Made by a program: the position numbers and the translations under genes
Shown here: positions 1 to 37,260 of the stretch, one piece after another
Position numbering within the stretch: the stretch's first letter is position 1
Layout: each line of letters begins with the position of its first letter
Notes under the pieces: generated by a model
What the model was told of the DNA's origin: nothing
Seen by the model: the letters and a program-made list of their open reading frames with translations, nothing else
Database searches by the model: none
NCBI RefSeq assembly: GCF_902459465.1
Contig: NC_047070.1
Coordinates: 13,392,001 to 13,456,000, forward strand
Length of the DNA: 64,000 nt
Source of the DNA: Asterias rubens
Lineage: Eukaryota
Direction: 5' to 3'

Positions 1-965
1 TATGTTCCGACACCCCATGTTCCGACACCCCTATGTTCCGACACCCTTATATTCCAACGACCCAAACACCCCTATGTTCCGACACCCCTATGTTCCAACA
101 ACCTGCACCAATATTATTGTGTTAGCCACTTTTTAAGAAACTACACCTGACTGCAATTTAGTCCATAAACGTACCGGTAACTAGGCTATGTAGTCCCCCA
201 GATGAGTGTAATTTGTATGAAAAGTGTTATTCTGCTATTAAAAAATAGCATCTTTGCTTTAGTTAGAAGAGGACTGAGTAATGGAGGGGGTGGTATGANN
301 NNNNNNNNNNNNNNNNNNNNNNNNNNNNNNNNNNNNNNNNNNNNNNNNNNNNNNNNNNNNNNNNNNNNNNNNNNNNNNNNNNNNNNNNNNNNNNNNNNNN
401 NNNNNNNNNNNNNNNNNNNNNNNNNNNNNNNNNNNNNNTTACACATTGGCGCAATAAATTGAAGGCTCATGAAATGTTATCAACACGGACACGCATCTAA
501 CAACAGCAAAGTGCCGAGTTTTTCATTGCCAGCTAACTCAAGCTATAGGCCTAACATGTTTCTAACCACAACAAGCAACAAAATCATGTGTGATTCGATT
601 ATCTTAATTTGATTCCATCACTTTTAAAATCAGTACAAATTCAACTTATGACATTCAAATCCATTCCGGGCCAAAATTCGCCGGGAAACCTGTAATACAA
701 GATGTGTTTTTGTTATTGATCAACAGAGGTGCGAAAAAAACTTGTCCGAACATAGGGGTGCCAGAACATAGGGGTGTCGGAATATAGGGGTGTCGGAACA
801 TAGGGGTGTCGGAATATAGGTTCAGTTGTCGGAACATAGGGGTGTCGGAATATAGGGGTGTCGGAATATAGGGGTGTCGGAACATAGGGGTGTCGGAATA
901 TAGGCCGAGTTGTCGAAACATAGGCGTGTCAGAACATAGGGGTGTCGGAATATAGGTGTGTAACC
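1..965. mobile_element. Foldback/MULE-like element with inverted subterminal 16-bp tandem arrays (left end outside window, interior contains gap)
   Basis: Units ccctatgttccgacac at 1-95 and the reverse complement gtgtcggaacataggg at ~745-960; right end ...gtgtaacc at ~958-965. Confidence 0.55.
299..438. other. Assembly gap (140 N)
   Basis: Run of n. Confidence 1.
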
Positions 966-1920
966 GAAATAAATACTGTACCTGTTTGTATGGCCCAAAA
1001 TCTCCACCCTGGGACCTGTAAGAAATCAAATAAAACAATCAAACATGAAGCCCGAATTCTAAGATGAAAAAGCTATGACTTGCCAGTGACCATGAACAAG
1101 TATCTCAAGGGTCCTGCTGATCAATCCAATGGACATTCATCCAATACCTAGGTGTGTATGCTAAAGACCCGAGTCACACTGCAGCAATAACGAAAACGAT
1201 AACGATAACGACGCAAAGAGAACGCATTCTATTGGTTGAATTGCTTCACACAGAATACGCCCACGCTTATCCAACCAATCTCAAAGCACTTAGGACAAAA
1301 CAAAAATACCCCAAAAAACCATGAGGAACCAATTCTTTTTCATTAGAACATGAAAACATCAAAACCAATAATAATGTAACAATAATGTTGACCCCTATCC
1401 GAGTTGCGTGTACATCATCTTGTATGTTAAATTTTTAAATTTGTTTCTTGGCGAGTTGGATGGCAATTAGGCTTGAGCCATGAACTGCAGTTGCAATGAA
1501 AGCATGCACAGCTCAGCATCAAGAATGGATATTATAACAATAAATATATCTTAATTTTGTTTGCATCAAAATTAATCAGACACAATAAGATTGATACCTA
1601 TTTTTAAGTGTATTGAGAGTAACGATGGATTTAGCCAATTGAGACTTTCTTTACACACCTTCATCTGCGCAACCACTCCTGCCATTGAAGCATAGTCTGT
1701 AAATGTTCTTCAGCTCCAGGGACAAGTTGTGTCTGCATAAAAAGTGTAACAAATTTCATCATCAGTTGTAACTACAAGTCAATCGAAAAAGAATCTTACA
1801 AAATGTGTACAAAAACAAATAGTACATATTATATATTGTGGGTTCAGTGTGAGACCTTTGTATGGCAGTTTCTTGGTCTACATCTTGGTCAAGATCTGCA
1901 GCTGGATCAATCCTGGGCTT
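965..1920 (-). pseudogene. EARS2: Partial duplicate of EARS2 coding exons 2 and 3 with flanking intron (pseudo-exons 1659-1732 and 982-1015)
   Basis: Collinear with ~25890-26245 plus ~27065-27750. The exon 2 copy has a net +1 indel giving an in-frame TGA (TQLVPGAEEHLQTMLQWQEWLRR*); the exon 3 copy has a 4-nt deletion. Confidence 0.85.
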
Positions 1921-2622
1921 ACAAACGCTTTTTATAGACCAACTCGTCCGATCCAAGGCAATGTGTTCTTTTAATAATCGTTTTTTATATAGTGCTTTGA
2001 ACACCCGAAGGGCGTCTCAAAGTGATTCCAGCATTATGAACCCTGGTCATTATCAGCTGTGCTTTTTTACCAAGTCGGTTTTTATAGAGTATCTTTGCAG
2101 TAACTACCAAAGGTATACCTCTCATCACCAGCACTTATCTTTATTGAAGTATCCTCAATGAATGCAATATTTTTATTCTGACAAAGTGAAATACTGGTCT
2201 GTTTGTTTTTGGTGCAAATTTATCTTTGATGTCCTAACATGGTTGGGTTCAAGGTAGCCACCGGCCAATATGGGCTTCATATTGAAGTCAAGATGAATGT
2301 TATACACTCATTTTATCGTGTAAAGAGTTATTTTGTAGTATCATTTACTTGTGTTATTCAGAGCTCAAAATATTCAGGGGACCACTGGACAAAGTCCCAA
2401 AAATGTTATCCCTTGCCCACTAGCTCCACTGCAGAACATCTACAATCTAGGTTTTATTTCAAAACGCATACCTTGGAAGATTTATAAATGTACTGAGGTT
2501 TAGCTTAGATTAAATTTTTTGTTCATCAGGTGAGGAAAACATGAGAAGTGGTTTTTTCAGTCTTTAAAGCCTTTTGTTCATCAGGTGAGAAAAACATGAG
2601 AAGTGATTTTTTCAGTCTTTAA

Positions 2623-2989
2623 AGCCATTGGACCCTTTCGGTACAGACAAAAAAATAAAAGTTCACAGATTTACAAATAACTTACAGGGCTTACAGAAGG
2701 TAGTGGTGAAAGACTTCTCTTGAAATATTATTCCATGAAATGCTTTACTTTTCGAGAAAACAGTAAAACAATATCAATTCTCGATATCAAGAATTACGGA
2801 TTTATTTTAAACACATGTCATGACACAGCGAAACATGCGGATACAAGGGTGGGTTTTGCCCGTTATTTTCTCCCGACTCTGATGACCGATTGAGCCTAAA
2901 TTTCCACAGGTTTGTTATTTCATATAGAAGTTGTGCTACACGAAGTGTGGGCCTTGGAAAATACTGTTTACCGAAAGGGTCCAATGGCT
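2623..2989. mobile_element. Non-autonomous DNA transposon (Kolobok-like: TTAA TSD, RR..YY ends)
   Basis: Perfect 21-bp TIR agccattggaccctttcggta, TTAA on both sides. Confidence 0.8.
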
Positions 2990-4125
2990 TTAAAAAGCAA
3001 GAGCCTAAAAATACAATTAGTCAATTGCCACATTCACAGATATATGTAGTGTGTCTAAGTGGAATGAGAGAAATAGAAAGACCACGAGTTTGTGACATCG
3101 TGAATCATGGGGCAAGACAAAATAAGTATTTGACTTCACAAATAAACTTGATTAAAATCATAAATGATAATCTCCACTCTTTATTGGTTCTTGTCATTAT
3201 TTTGAATGTTTTTTGAATGCCCTGAAGTGGGTTAGAGCTCCCATGGAATATAAATGGTTCAGTAGAATGAACTCTCCATTGTAATGTACATGTGCCCCGA
3301 TGTACACCATCCAAATTGTTCAAGCATTTTTTTAAATATCAATCACTTTTTCTCATCTTGGTCATGTCAGTGGCTAACTTGAGAACAAAAAATGATGAAA
3401 AATGTTTGGGTTCTTGGGAAATTGATAAATAAACAACCTGGTTCTCGATGCAGCATTCCTGTGATGTGGTCGACAAACATGATAGTGTGTGGGTACAGAG
3501 TGTTATAAAATATTGACTGCTTTTTCTCGTGCTATGGTTGGAAATGTTTGAGTGGAATGTCTCAAACAAACAATGAGCACTTTGTGACGCCCCTAGATTA
3601 AGCGCTATATTAAAACTATTTATTATTATTGTAATAATGTGAGTCCCCAAGTGTGTCATTTCCCCTCAGCTTTGCTGCAGGAATATAGAACCCAGCAGGA
3701 TCATTACATCAGGAGTCACAGTTATAACCATAGCACTTGAAGCACTCAGTATTATGTATCAGTAAACTACGTGTTATGTATGGTTGGGAAGGGTCAATTG
3801 TGGGATATTGTACCTTCCAAGTTCTAGAGACCATGCTTGAAGATGAGCCTAGGTTCAATTTGTACACATAACATAATGTGGTAAACTAATGCATCTTATA
3901 GGAGAACACTACACCCTTCACTTTCATTTTTAACTTCCTACGTTATATCAGTTCTGAAATAATAACAAGCGCCCTCTAGTGTTCATGCACAAAGCGGATA
4001 ATGTCAGGCCTAGTAACATCTATCACATCCTTGATTTACTTGTTGCAAAGAGTTATTTGGGCAAGGAAAGTCAGTCTAAGCCTTGTGTTCTTTGGGGCTG
4101 CTTTGCAACTCAATTTATCAGCTAT

Positions 4126-4480
4126 TAATAAATACCTTGGACGGTTTCAAGTCTCTGATTGGTCAAAACCCTGTAACATGGGGGCGTACGCGCTGAAAAT
4201 GTATCAATTTTGAGGGAACGGGTTTGCGCGTATTATCTCATTTGTCTATATATGGTCTTGTTTACAGCGACATGCTACATGGACGCTGAGCGCATGCGTC
4301 CGTTTTAACGCACAAAGAACAGCTATCAGCCATTTTATTTGTCTATTTTGACCCCCGTGAGGCGCTGAAAAGACCATTACTTAAAAGAGTCAGTGGTCTC
4401 AAAGTATCAGTATGTTATTGACAGGAACCATCAAAAGCTAAAATATGGCCCCTGAACATGTCTGGAAGCGCCAGCCACCA
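4126..4480 (+). mobile_element. Interspersed repeat, partial copy of the element at 26246-27064
   Basis: Shared start aataaataccttgga..tttcaagtctctgattggtcaaaacc and shared internal blocks. Confidence 0.7.
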
Positions 4481-4658
4481 ACGAGCTCCTGCACAGAGAG
4501 GATGATGCCAGGTCTGATAGCTTCTTGCATAATACAGTAATATACATGTACAGCATTTATTGTGGACAAGAGTTAATTTGGGCAAAAAGTCCATATGTTG
4601 GCTTGTTAGGCTTAAACTGTCTGTTACTAGCAATGGAAGAGCAGTCTGGTAACTGGAA

Positions 4659-28934
<24,276 letters not shown>

Positions 28935-29139
28935 CTAATCATTCAAAAGAGTAAATGATAACTAGTAAATGAAGTAGTGGCTAATCAAGAGTGGTACACG
29001 ACATAGTGGTCGAGTTGTCTGACAATTAAAAAAAATTTCTGTCGAGTTGTCCGAACAGTCGAGCTGTCAGAACTGTTGAGCTGTCAGAACGGTCCAGTTG
29101 TCTGAACTGTCCAGTTATCTGAACACCTCTTTAAGTGGT

Positions 29140-29374
29140 CAGCACTACTCCACCCAGGGGTAAATGGGTATACCTGTGAGGGCAGAGATGGTTCTTGTGA
29201 TTGATTAGCTTAGTGCGCTACATATTTGGCGGCACAGGCTGTATACTCCCCAGGGAGCTGAGATGGTTTAAGGGAATGATTTAAGGCCCAGTGACCAGGG
29301 GTAATAATGTGGAAGCGCTTTAAGACATGGTGTATAAAGCGCTATAAAAAAAGAAAGATTATTATTATTATTAT
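29140..29374 (+). mobile_element. SINE 3' portion (related copy ~60065-60282; tail fragment on minus strand ~1972-2055)
   Basis: ccacccagg..aaatgggta core, aagcgct..aagcgctata and (att)n tail. Confidence 0.7.
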
Positions 29375-29771
29375 TACTACTTGCCGTCAACTCGCCGTCA
29401 ACTCAACCGCTACTGGTGTGGATTAGTCTTGACCCAAGTCATTAGCGATCAATTTACACGATGTGCAGTACAATCCACTATGCGGTACCAATAAATGACG
29501 TCTTGGGCCAAGACAATTTTGTTTTCCGGAAAGCGCCCTCTGTTGTCCATGTTGTACAAGCTCTGTTAAAAAGCAAGATGGCGGCCGACAGCTTTGCTAC
29601 TTTCGCGATAATTTTTTCTCAACAACAAAATTCAATTAAATGTAGTAAAATAACCGAAATGTAACCTAAAACTTATGAAAATGATCTTTTAGCTATTAAC
29701 AGTTCTATGCCTCTGCTGTGGATTTAAAATGTGTATTGGTTGAGTTGACAGCGAGTTGACGGCAAGTAGTA
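29375..29771. mobile_element. MITE with ~35-bp TIR
   Basis: tactacttgccgtcaactcgccgtcaactcaacc and mirror; possible TA TSD. Confidence 0.75.
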
Positions 29772-30109
29772 GGACCCGAAGTGGTCCCTTCAAATTTCAA
29801 AGTTCAATTCAACTCAAATTAAATAGTGGACTGATTCAATTGTTCACCTCATAAAAACTCTAAATCTAGGCCTACCTCCATGTTCTCACCGGGTATCGAT
29901 CACTTCAGCACCTTGCAAACTCGGCGAAATGGTCAAAAACATACAATTTCGACAGCTAGTCAACAGATTTGCTTTATTTTTACCACTTTCGAAAATCATG
30001 TCACAAATTCTATGAACATGAACTTAATCCTCAACGTCTAATGAATAACACTCAAAACACCATTGAGCAAATATTTTGAAAAAAAAGGACAAGTCACAAA
30101 AGTGTCCCA

Positions 30110-30150
30110 GGTCTTTTGTGCATCGCCATTTTGTGACTTCCCGATATGTT
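30110..30150 (-). promoter_or_regulatory. Candidate EARS2 core promoter (ETS-like CGGGAAGT next to YY1-like AAAATGGCG)
   Basis: Minus strand reads cgggaagtcacaaaatggcg in a CpG-richer patch ~1.2 kb upstream of the ATG exon, which itself has an acceptor-like ttag before ATCATG. Confidence 0.3.
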
Positions 30151-31852
30151 CAACGCTTTATTTTTTGGACACCAAGCGCTGAACCGCAGGTACCAGTCAG
30201 TTGAATTGACGACCTGCCGAGCCGCGGCCGAGTTGGAATAAACCATGCTGTAAAAGGGGTGTTATAAGGCAATGCAGCAGCGCGTGTGTGCTGTCCGTTT
30301 ACTATGCCCGCTGTTCACAATATAGTGGTAAAAAATGAGCAAATCTGCCGACTAGACCATTTCGCCCTTTACAGTTTGCCCATGCTTCGGAACCCTCCGG
30401 CTCTGCCATCGGGAGGGTTAAATTATCGCAACTACAAACTCGGCACCTGCAAACTCGCCACCTTGCAAACTCGCCACCCACAAACTCGGCACAAATACAA
30501 AATACGAAATGTTTGATTTTCACACTGCGTGGTAGGCCTCGGTTTGTTATCTGATAAAGTTCAGTTTATTTAGTTTTAAACCACCTCACAGTCACTTGAC
30601 TATTCTAGTGAATTGCTTGGTGGCAAGTTGTTAGTCAAAAAAAGGCCAATGCCGAGTTTGCATTGTGTCGACATTCTTGGTGCCGAGTGGGTGCCGAGTT
30701 TGCAACTGGTGCCAAGGTTGCAAGATCGCAAGGTTGCATGATTATGATCGAGGTACTAAAGTGTCCGCTATTCTTCTCACCACCACCATCATCCCATGTT
30801 CTCACCAAAGCACGTAAACTATCCTGGTGTCATGGGTTTTCAGTAGGTAGGATAATGGGAAAATTGTTCATAATCAAAGACTAAATTTTTTTAAATCATC
30901 TATCCAACCTTTTTACAATTACACTTGGTAGTCCGCTATTTTGGAGTGACGTCATATGTTTAATATTGCATTAGTGATTTAGTTGCGACAACCTACCGTC
31001 CTCCTGACGGTCAGGGAGGAGGGTTACGTTATCATAACTGTCTAGTGATATATACAAAAAACAAATCATCATTTTATAAATATTTGAGCATAACCTACGA
31101 CAGGAAACATTATTCTCAGCATGATTAAGCCTGATGAAAATACAGATCGTGAGTTAACAGCACAGCTTCTGTCACGGGTGTAGCTTGCACAGTCTCGCGG
31201 TAAACGGGACAAAGTTGGGGGTCGAAAACATGTGATTGTGAGGGTCGATCTGACAACAATCAACATGACCCTACGAATATGTTTAGTAATCAGGTTAATC
31301 AGGACTTACCAAAGACTGATGCTACTGAATAGTGACTGATAGTGATACAAAATGGACAGTTTTATCATGACGAGTTTGAAATGGCTGTTTGTGATCACTT
31401 CTTCATAAGCTTCTACTTTTGCGATTTATGTGACTTGTGCATCGCATGCATGACATGTGATTTGGACCAAGCTGAAGCTAGCCGCGAATTATCAGCCGCG
31501 AATTCCCAGCCGCGAATGCCAGCCGCGAATTCTCAATTTACGGCCGAAATGTCCAGCCGCTAATTCGAGCCGCCACGCCAGCCGCGAATTTCATTACCGA
31601 AGTAGTTTCACGAAGCGACAGGATTTCCTAAGTTGTTCACACACATAAGCCACTATTTCTTAAATTTTGTAAAATCATGGCAATTTTGAATGTTGCTTTT
31701 GTAAAATTTTGGTCATAGTAACAAAATGTAGGCCAAATTGGGTTAAGATAATTGAATTTTTAATGCTTTAGTCGATCCATCAAACTTTAATGGTTACTTA
31801 TCGACTTTCTGAATATCAGTTGTTTTAAAAATAAAAAAATAATAATAATAAT

Positions 31853-34130
31853 ATGTACCTCACATAATTAACAAATTGTTACTTTTTAGTGTTTAATCAT
31901 TAAGACCATTACATAACACATCGAAATATATCGTTGCAGCTAATTAGACCAACTAATTGGTGCCTAATTAAACCACTTTGTATGTTGTGGGTTTTGTCTC
32001 ATTTGAGGGGAATTTTTAGACTAAAAAATAACGTAAGTAGTCACTTTAAAACAAAATGTACCTCACATAATTAACAAATTGTTTTTTTTTAGTGTTTAAT
32101 CATTAAGACCATTACATAACACATCGAAATATATCGTTGCAGCCAATTAGACCAACTAATTGGTGCGTAATTAAACCACTTTATATGCTATGGGTTTTGT
32201 CTATTTTGAGGGGAAGTTTTAGTCTAAAAAATAGTGTAAGAAGTCACTTTAAAACAAAATGTACCTTACATAATTAACAAATTGTTACTTTTTAGTGTTT
32301 AATCATCAAGACCATTACATAACACATCGAAATATATCGTTGCAGCTAATTAGACCAACTAATTGGTGCCTAATTAAACCACTTTGTATGTTGTGGGTTT
32401 TGTCTCATTTGAGGGGAATTTTTAGACTAAAAAATAACGTAAGTAGTCACTTTAAAACAAAATGTACCTCACATAATTAACAAATTGTTTTTTTTTAGTG
32501 TTTAATCATTAAGACCATTACATAACACATCGAAATATATCGTTGCAGCTAATTAGACCAACTAATTGGTGCCTAATTAAACCACTTTGTATGTTGTGGG
32601 TTTTGTCTCATTTGAGGGGAATTTTTAGACTAAAAAATAACGTAAGTAGTCACTTTAAAACAAAATGTACCTCACATAATTAACAAATTGTTTTTTTTTA
32701 GTGTTTAATCATTAAGACCATTACATAACACATCGAAATATATCGTTGCAGCTAATTAGACCAACTAATTGGTGCGTAATTAAACCACTTTATATGCTAT
32801 GGGTTTTGTCTATTTTGAGGGGAAGTTTTAGTCAAAAAAATAGTGTAAGAAGTCACTTTAAAACAAAATGTACCTTACATAATTAACAAATTGTTACTTT
32901 TTAGTGTTTAATCATCAAGACCATTACATAACACATCGAAATATATCGTTGCAGCTAATTAGACCAACTAATTGGTGCCTAATTAAACCACTTTGTATGT
33001 TGTGGGTTTTGTCTCATTTGAAGGGAATTTTAATCAAAGAAATAACGTAAGTAGTCACTTTAAAACAAAATGTACCTCACATAATTAACAAATTGTTGCT
33101 TTTTAGTGTTTAATCATTAAGACCATTACATAACACATCGAAATATATCGTTGCAGCTAATTAGACCAACTAATTGATGCCTAATTAAACCACTTTGTAT
33201 GTTGTGGGTTTTGTCTCATTTGAAGGGAATTTTTAGACTAAAAAATAGTGTAAGTAGTCACTTTAAAACAAAATGTACTTCACATAATTAACAAATTGTT
33301 ACTTTTTAGTGTTTAATCATCAAGACCATCACATAACACATCGAAATATATCGTTGCAGCTAATTAGATCAACTAATTGGTGCCTAATTAAACCACTTAA
33401 TATGTTATGGGTTTTGTCTCATTTGAAGGGAATTTTTAGACTAAAAAATAGTGTAAGTAGTCACTTTAAAATAAAATGTACCTCACATAATTAACAAATT
33501 GTTTTTTTTAGTGTTTAATCATTAAGACCATTACATAACACATCGAAATATATCGTTGCAGCTAATTAGACCAACTAATTGGTGCCTAATTAAACCACTT
33601 TATATGTTGTGGGTTTTGTCTTATTTGAGGGGAATTTTTCAGACTAAAAAAAAATGTTTCCCAGGTTGTATCGTAATTTGGGTGTGATCCCTGGCTACAC
33701 GGCAGTTAACGGTTGTATGGCCTCTGACTGGCACCCCCGAACAAAGATATTGACAAAATAGGGACACCGCCAATAGGGCTAGATAGCTCAGTTGGTAGAG
33801 CGCCGGCACGTTAATCCGGAGGTCGTTGGTTCGAATCCCACTCTAGTAAATTCTTTGTTCAACCCCAAACATCATTAAAAAAAAATGTGTAAGTAGTCGC
33901 TTTAAAACAAAATGTACTTCACATATTTAACAAATTGTTACTTTTTATTGATTAATCATTAAGACCATTACATAACACATCGAAATATATCGTTGCAGCT
34001 AATTAGACCAACTAATTGGTGCCTAATTAAACCATTTTTTATGTTGTGGGTTTTGTCTCGTTTGGAGGGAATTTTTCTCAAAGAAATAATTTAGGTAGTC
34101 ACTTTAAAACAAAATGTACCTCACATAATT
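31853..34130 (+). repeat. ~203-bp satellite array, left arm (about 10-11 units)
   Basis: gtacctcacataattaacaaattg.. recurs every ~203 bp; interrupted by a tRNA-like insertion. Confidence 0.95.
33777..33849 (+). tRNA. Third tRNA-Asn(GTT)-like copy, inserted with ~120 bp of its 5' flank into the foldback left arm
   Basis: ~33655-33875 matches the reverse complement of ~6575-6790. Confidence 0.4.
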
Positions 34131-35169
34131 GACAAATAATGCTGGGCTGAGAGGCTCTCTCCGTTTCCTTTCGAGTATCCCTCCGTAAAGGTTGGATATT
34201 AGGATTACAAGTGCTGGTCATGTCTTACAAGTTTAGCCATTCGATTTTCATTTTAAAACGGCGCTGTCCAAAAAACCCGGAGGAAAAGGCTCTTGATGTG
34301 TATTACGGAACACCACCAGGCCGAAACTACGCAGATTGAAACTTATGGGATCAATTAAATTTGTTTTGAGTGCACATTGTATGTTTAAAAGGTCCCCAAA
34401 GGAAGGGGTTATTTATCAATATTATCCCTTTAACAGGAAGGTCTTTGTTCTTACTCAAATTCGGGAGGTACCGCAGCCGTGCGAGTTTCGTGTGTTTGTA
34501 ACTTTCAAATTAGTATATCTTAAACTGTAAACATTAAAGTCACCGTCCAATTTTAATAAAAAATGTATTCAGTCACAATTTTTCAGGGATAATAACGTCA
34601 TTTTTGTCGTCATTCAAAACTGCGATGTGTATTAAGGACATAACCAAAAAACATGAATACTGTAATCAAGCTGCAATCATAAAAATTACACTTTTACTTA
34701 TTGTTAAAAACCTTTATGGTGTTAGAGTGTTATTCCTTTAATCCCTTTGGTCATCTCCAGATAGAGACAGCATGGTGCCATTGACCGCTTAAGATCACTC
34801 ATCACTTGTCTCATGGAATGCAGCTTGAGCGGACCACACCACATTACGCAATTGAATAACATTAAAGTGAAACGACCCAGTCAGGGTGTGTTTACGTTGA
34901 ATTACTTGGGCACCTTAACTTAGTTTGACGACCATCTGCCAGGAGCACTCAGGCTACCAGTTCAAAGTATTAAGTTACACTAATTATAGTTAAGGAAATA
35001 TTCAGTGGTGTTTTGAAGTGGTCTTAATGACTAAATACTAAAAATTTACCATTTGTAAACCATTATGTAAAGTGCAGTTTGTTTTAGAGCGCTATTTACC
35101 TTATTTCTATGATATAAGAACACGCTTCAAAAGAGACAAACCCATACCGCATTTAAAGTGGTATAATTA

Positions 35170-37260
35170 GGCACCAATTAGTTGGTCTAATCGCGGTCTA
35201 ATTAGCTGCAACGAATTATGTGAGGTACATTTTGTTTTAAAGTGACTACTTACGTTATTACTTTAATTAAAAATTCTCTTCAAATGAGACAAAACCTACA
35301 ACAAATAAAGTGGTTTAATTAGGCACCAATTAGTTGGTCTAATTAGCTGCAACGGAATATTTCGATGTGTTATGTAATGGTCTTAATGATTAAACACTAA
35401 AAAGCAACAATTTGTTAATTATGTGAGGTACATTTTGTTTTAAAGTGACTACTTACACTATTTTTTAGTCTAAAAATTCCCTTCAAATGAGACAAAACCC
35501 ACAACATATAAAGTGGTTTAATTAGGCACCAATTAATTGGTCTAATTAGCTGCAACGATATATTTCGATGTGTTATGTAATGGTCTTGATGATTAAACAC
35601 TAAAAAGTAACAATTTGTTAATTATGTGAGGTACATTTTGTTTTAAAGTGACTACTTACGTTATTTCTTTGATTAAAAATTCCTTTCAAAAGAGACAAAA
35701 CCCATAGCATATAAAGTGGTTTAATTACGCACCAATTAGTTGGTCTAATTAGCTGCAACGATATATTTCGATGTGTTATGTAATGGTCTTAATGATTAAA
35801 CACTTAAAAAAAACGATTTGTTAATTATGTGAGGTACATTTTGTTTTAAAGTGACTACTTACACTATTTTTTAGTCTGAAAATTCCCTTCAAATGAGACA
35901 AAACCCATAACATATTAAGTGGTTTAATTAGGCACCAATTAGTTGATCTAATTAGCTGCAACGATATATTTCGATGTGTTATGTGATGGTCTTGATGATT
36001 AAACACTAAAAAGTAACAATTTGTTAATTATGTGAAGTACATTTTGTTTTAAAGTGACTACTTACACTATTTTTTAGTCTGAAAAATCCCTTCAAAATAG
36101 ACAAAACCCATAGCATATAAAGTGGTTTAATTAGGCACCAATTAGTTGGTCTAATTAGCTGCAACGATATACTTCGATGTGTTATGTAATGGTCTTGATG
36201 ATTAAACAATAAAAAGTAACACTTTGTTAATTATGTGAGGTACATTTTGTTTTAAAGTGACTACTTACACTATTTTTTAGTCTCAAAATTCCCTTCAAAT
36301 GAGACAAAACCCACAACATACAAAGTGGTTTAATTAGGCACCAATTAATTGGTCTAATTAGCTGCAACGATATATTTCGATGTGTTATGTAATGGTCTTG
36401 ATGATTAAACACTAAAAAGTAACAATTTGTTAATTATGTGAGGTACATTTTGTTTTAAAGTGACTACTTACACTATTTTTTAGTCTAAAAATTCCCTTCA
36501 AATGAGACAAAACCCACAACATACAAAGTGGTTTAATTAGGCACCAATTATTTGGTCTAATTAGCTGCAACGATATATTTCGATGTGTTATGTAATGGTC
36601 TTAATGATTAAACACTAAAAAGTAACAGTTTGTTAATTATGTGAAGTACATTTTGTTTTAAAGTGACTACTTACACTATTTTTTAGTCTAAAAATTCCCC
36701 TCAAATGAGACAAAACCCATAGCATATCAAGTGGTTTAATTACGCACCAATTAGTTGGTCTAATTAGCTGCAACGATATATTTCGATGTGTTATGTGATG
36801 GTCTTGATGATTAAACACTAAAAAGTAACAATTTGTTAATTATGTGAAGTACATTTTGTTTTAAAGTGACTACTTACACTATTTTTTAGTCTAAAAATTC
36901 CCTTCAAATGAGACAAAACCCATAACATATAAAGTGGTTTAATTAGGCACCAATTAGTTGGTCTAATTAGCTGCAACGATAAATTTCGATGTGTTATGTA
37001 ATGGTCTTAATGATTAAACACTAAAAGCAACAATTTGTTAATTATGTGAGGTACATTTTGTTTTAAAGTGACTACTTACACTATTTTTTAGTCTAAAAAT
37101 TCCCTTCAAATGAGACAAAACCCACAACATATAAAGTGGTTTAATTAGGCACCAATTAGTTAGTCTAATTAGCTGCAACGATATATTTCGATGTGTTATG
37201 TAATGGTCTTAATGATTTAACACTAAAAAGTAACAATTTGTTAATTATGTGAGGTACATA
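35170..37260 (-). repeat. ~203-bp satellite array, right arm, inverted (about 10-11 units)
   Basis: Reverse complement of the left-arm unit; the 61-aa ORFs at 203-bp spacing are a by-product. Confidence 0.95.

Noticed and set aside
2100-3660. Possible additional minus-strand gene (exon-like stretch near 2118-2178, ORFs at 3105-3659)
   Set aside because: No recognisable motif and no consistent exon chain; partly SINE tail sequence
29570-29590. YY1-like AAGATGGCGGC as a plus-strand gene start
   Set aside because: Lies inside a MITE, and no downstream ORF or exon chain was found
31069-31266. Arg-rich 65-aa ORF as an upstream mitochondrial targeting exon of EARS2
   Set aside because: Its donor is phase 1, and joining it to the available acceptors before 28931 gives stop codons
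34135-35000. Transposase or captured gene in the foldback core
   Set aside because: Longest ORF is 64 aa with no DDE-like or other motif
31853-37260. Regular repeats as a CRISPR array, or the recurring 61-aa ORFs as a peptide gene family
   Set aside because: Units are contiguous with no unique spacers, no cas genes, eukaryotic context; the ORFs are a by-product of the satellite and are broken in many units
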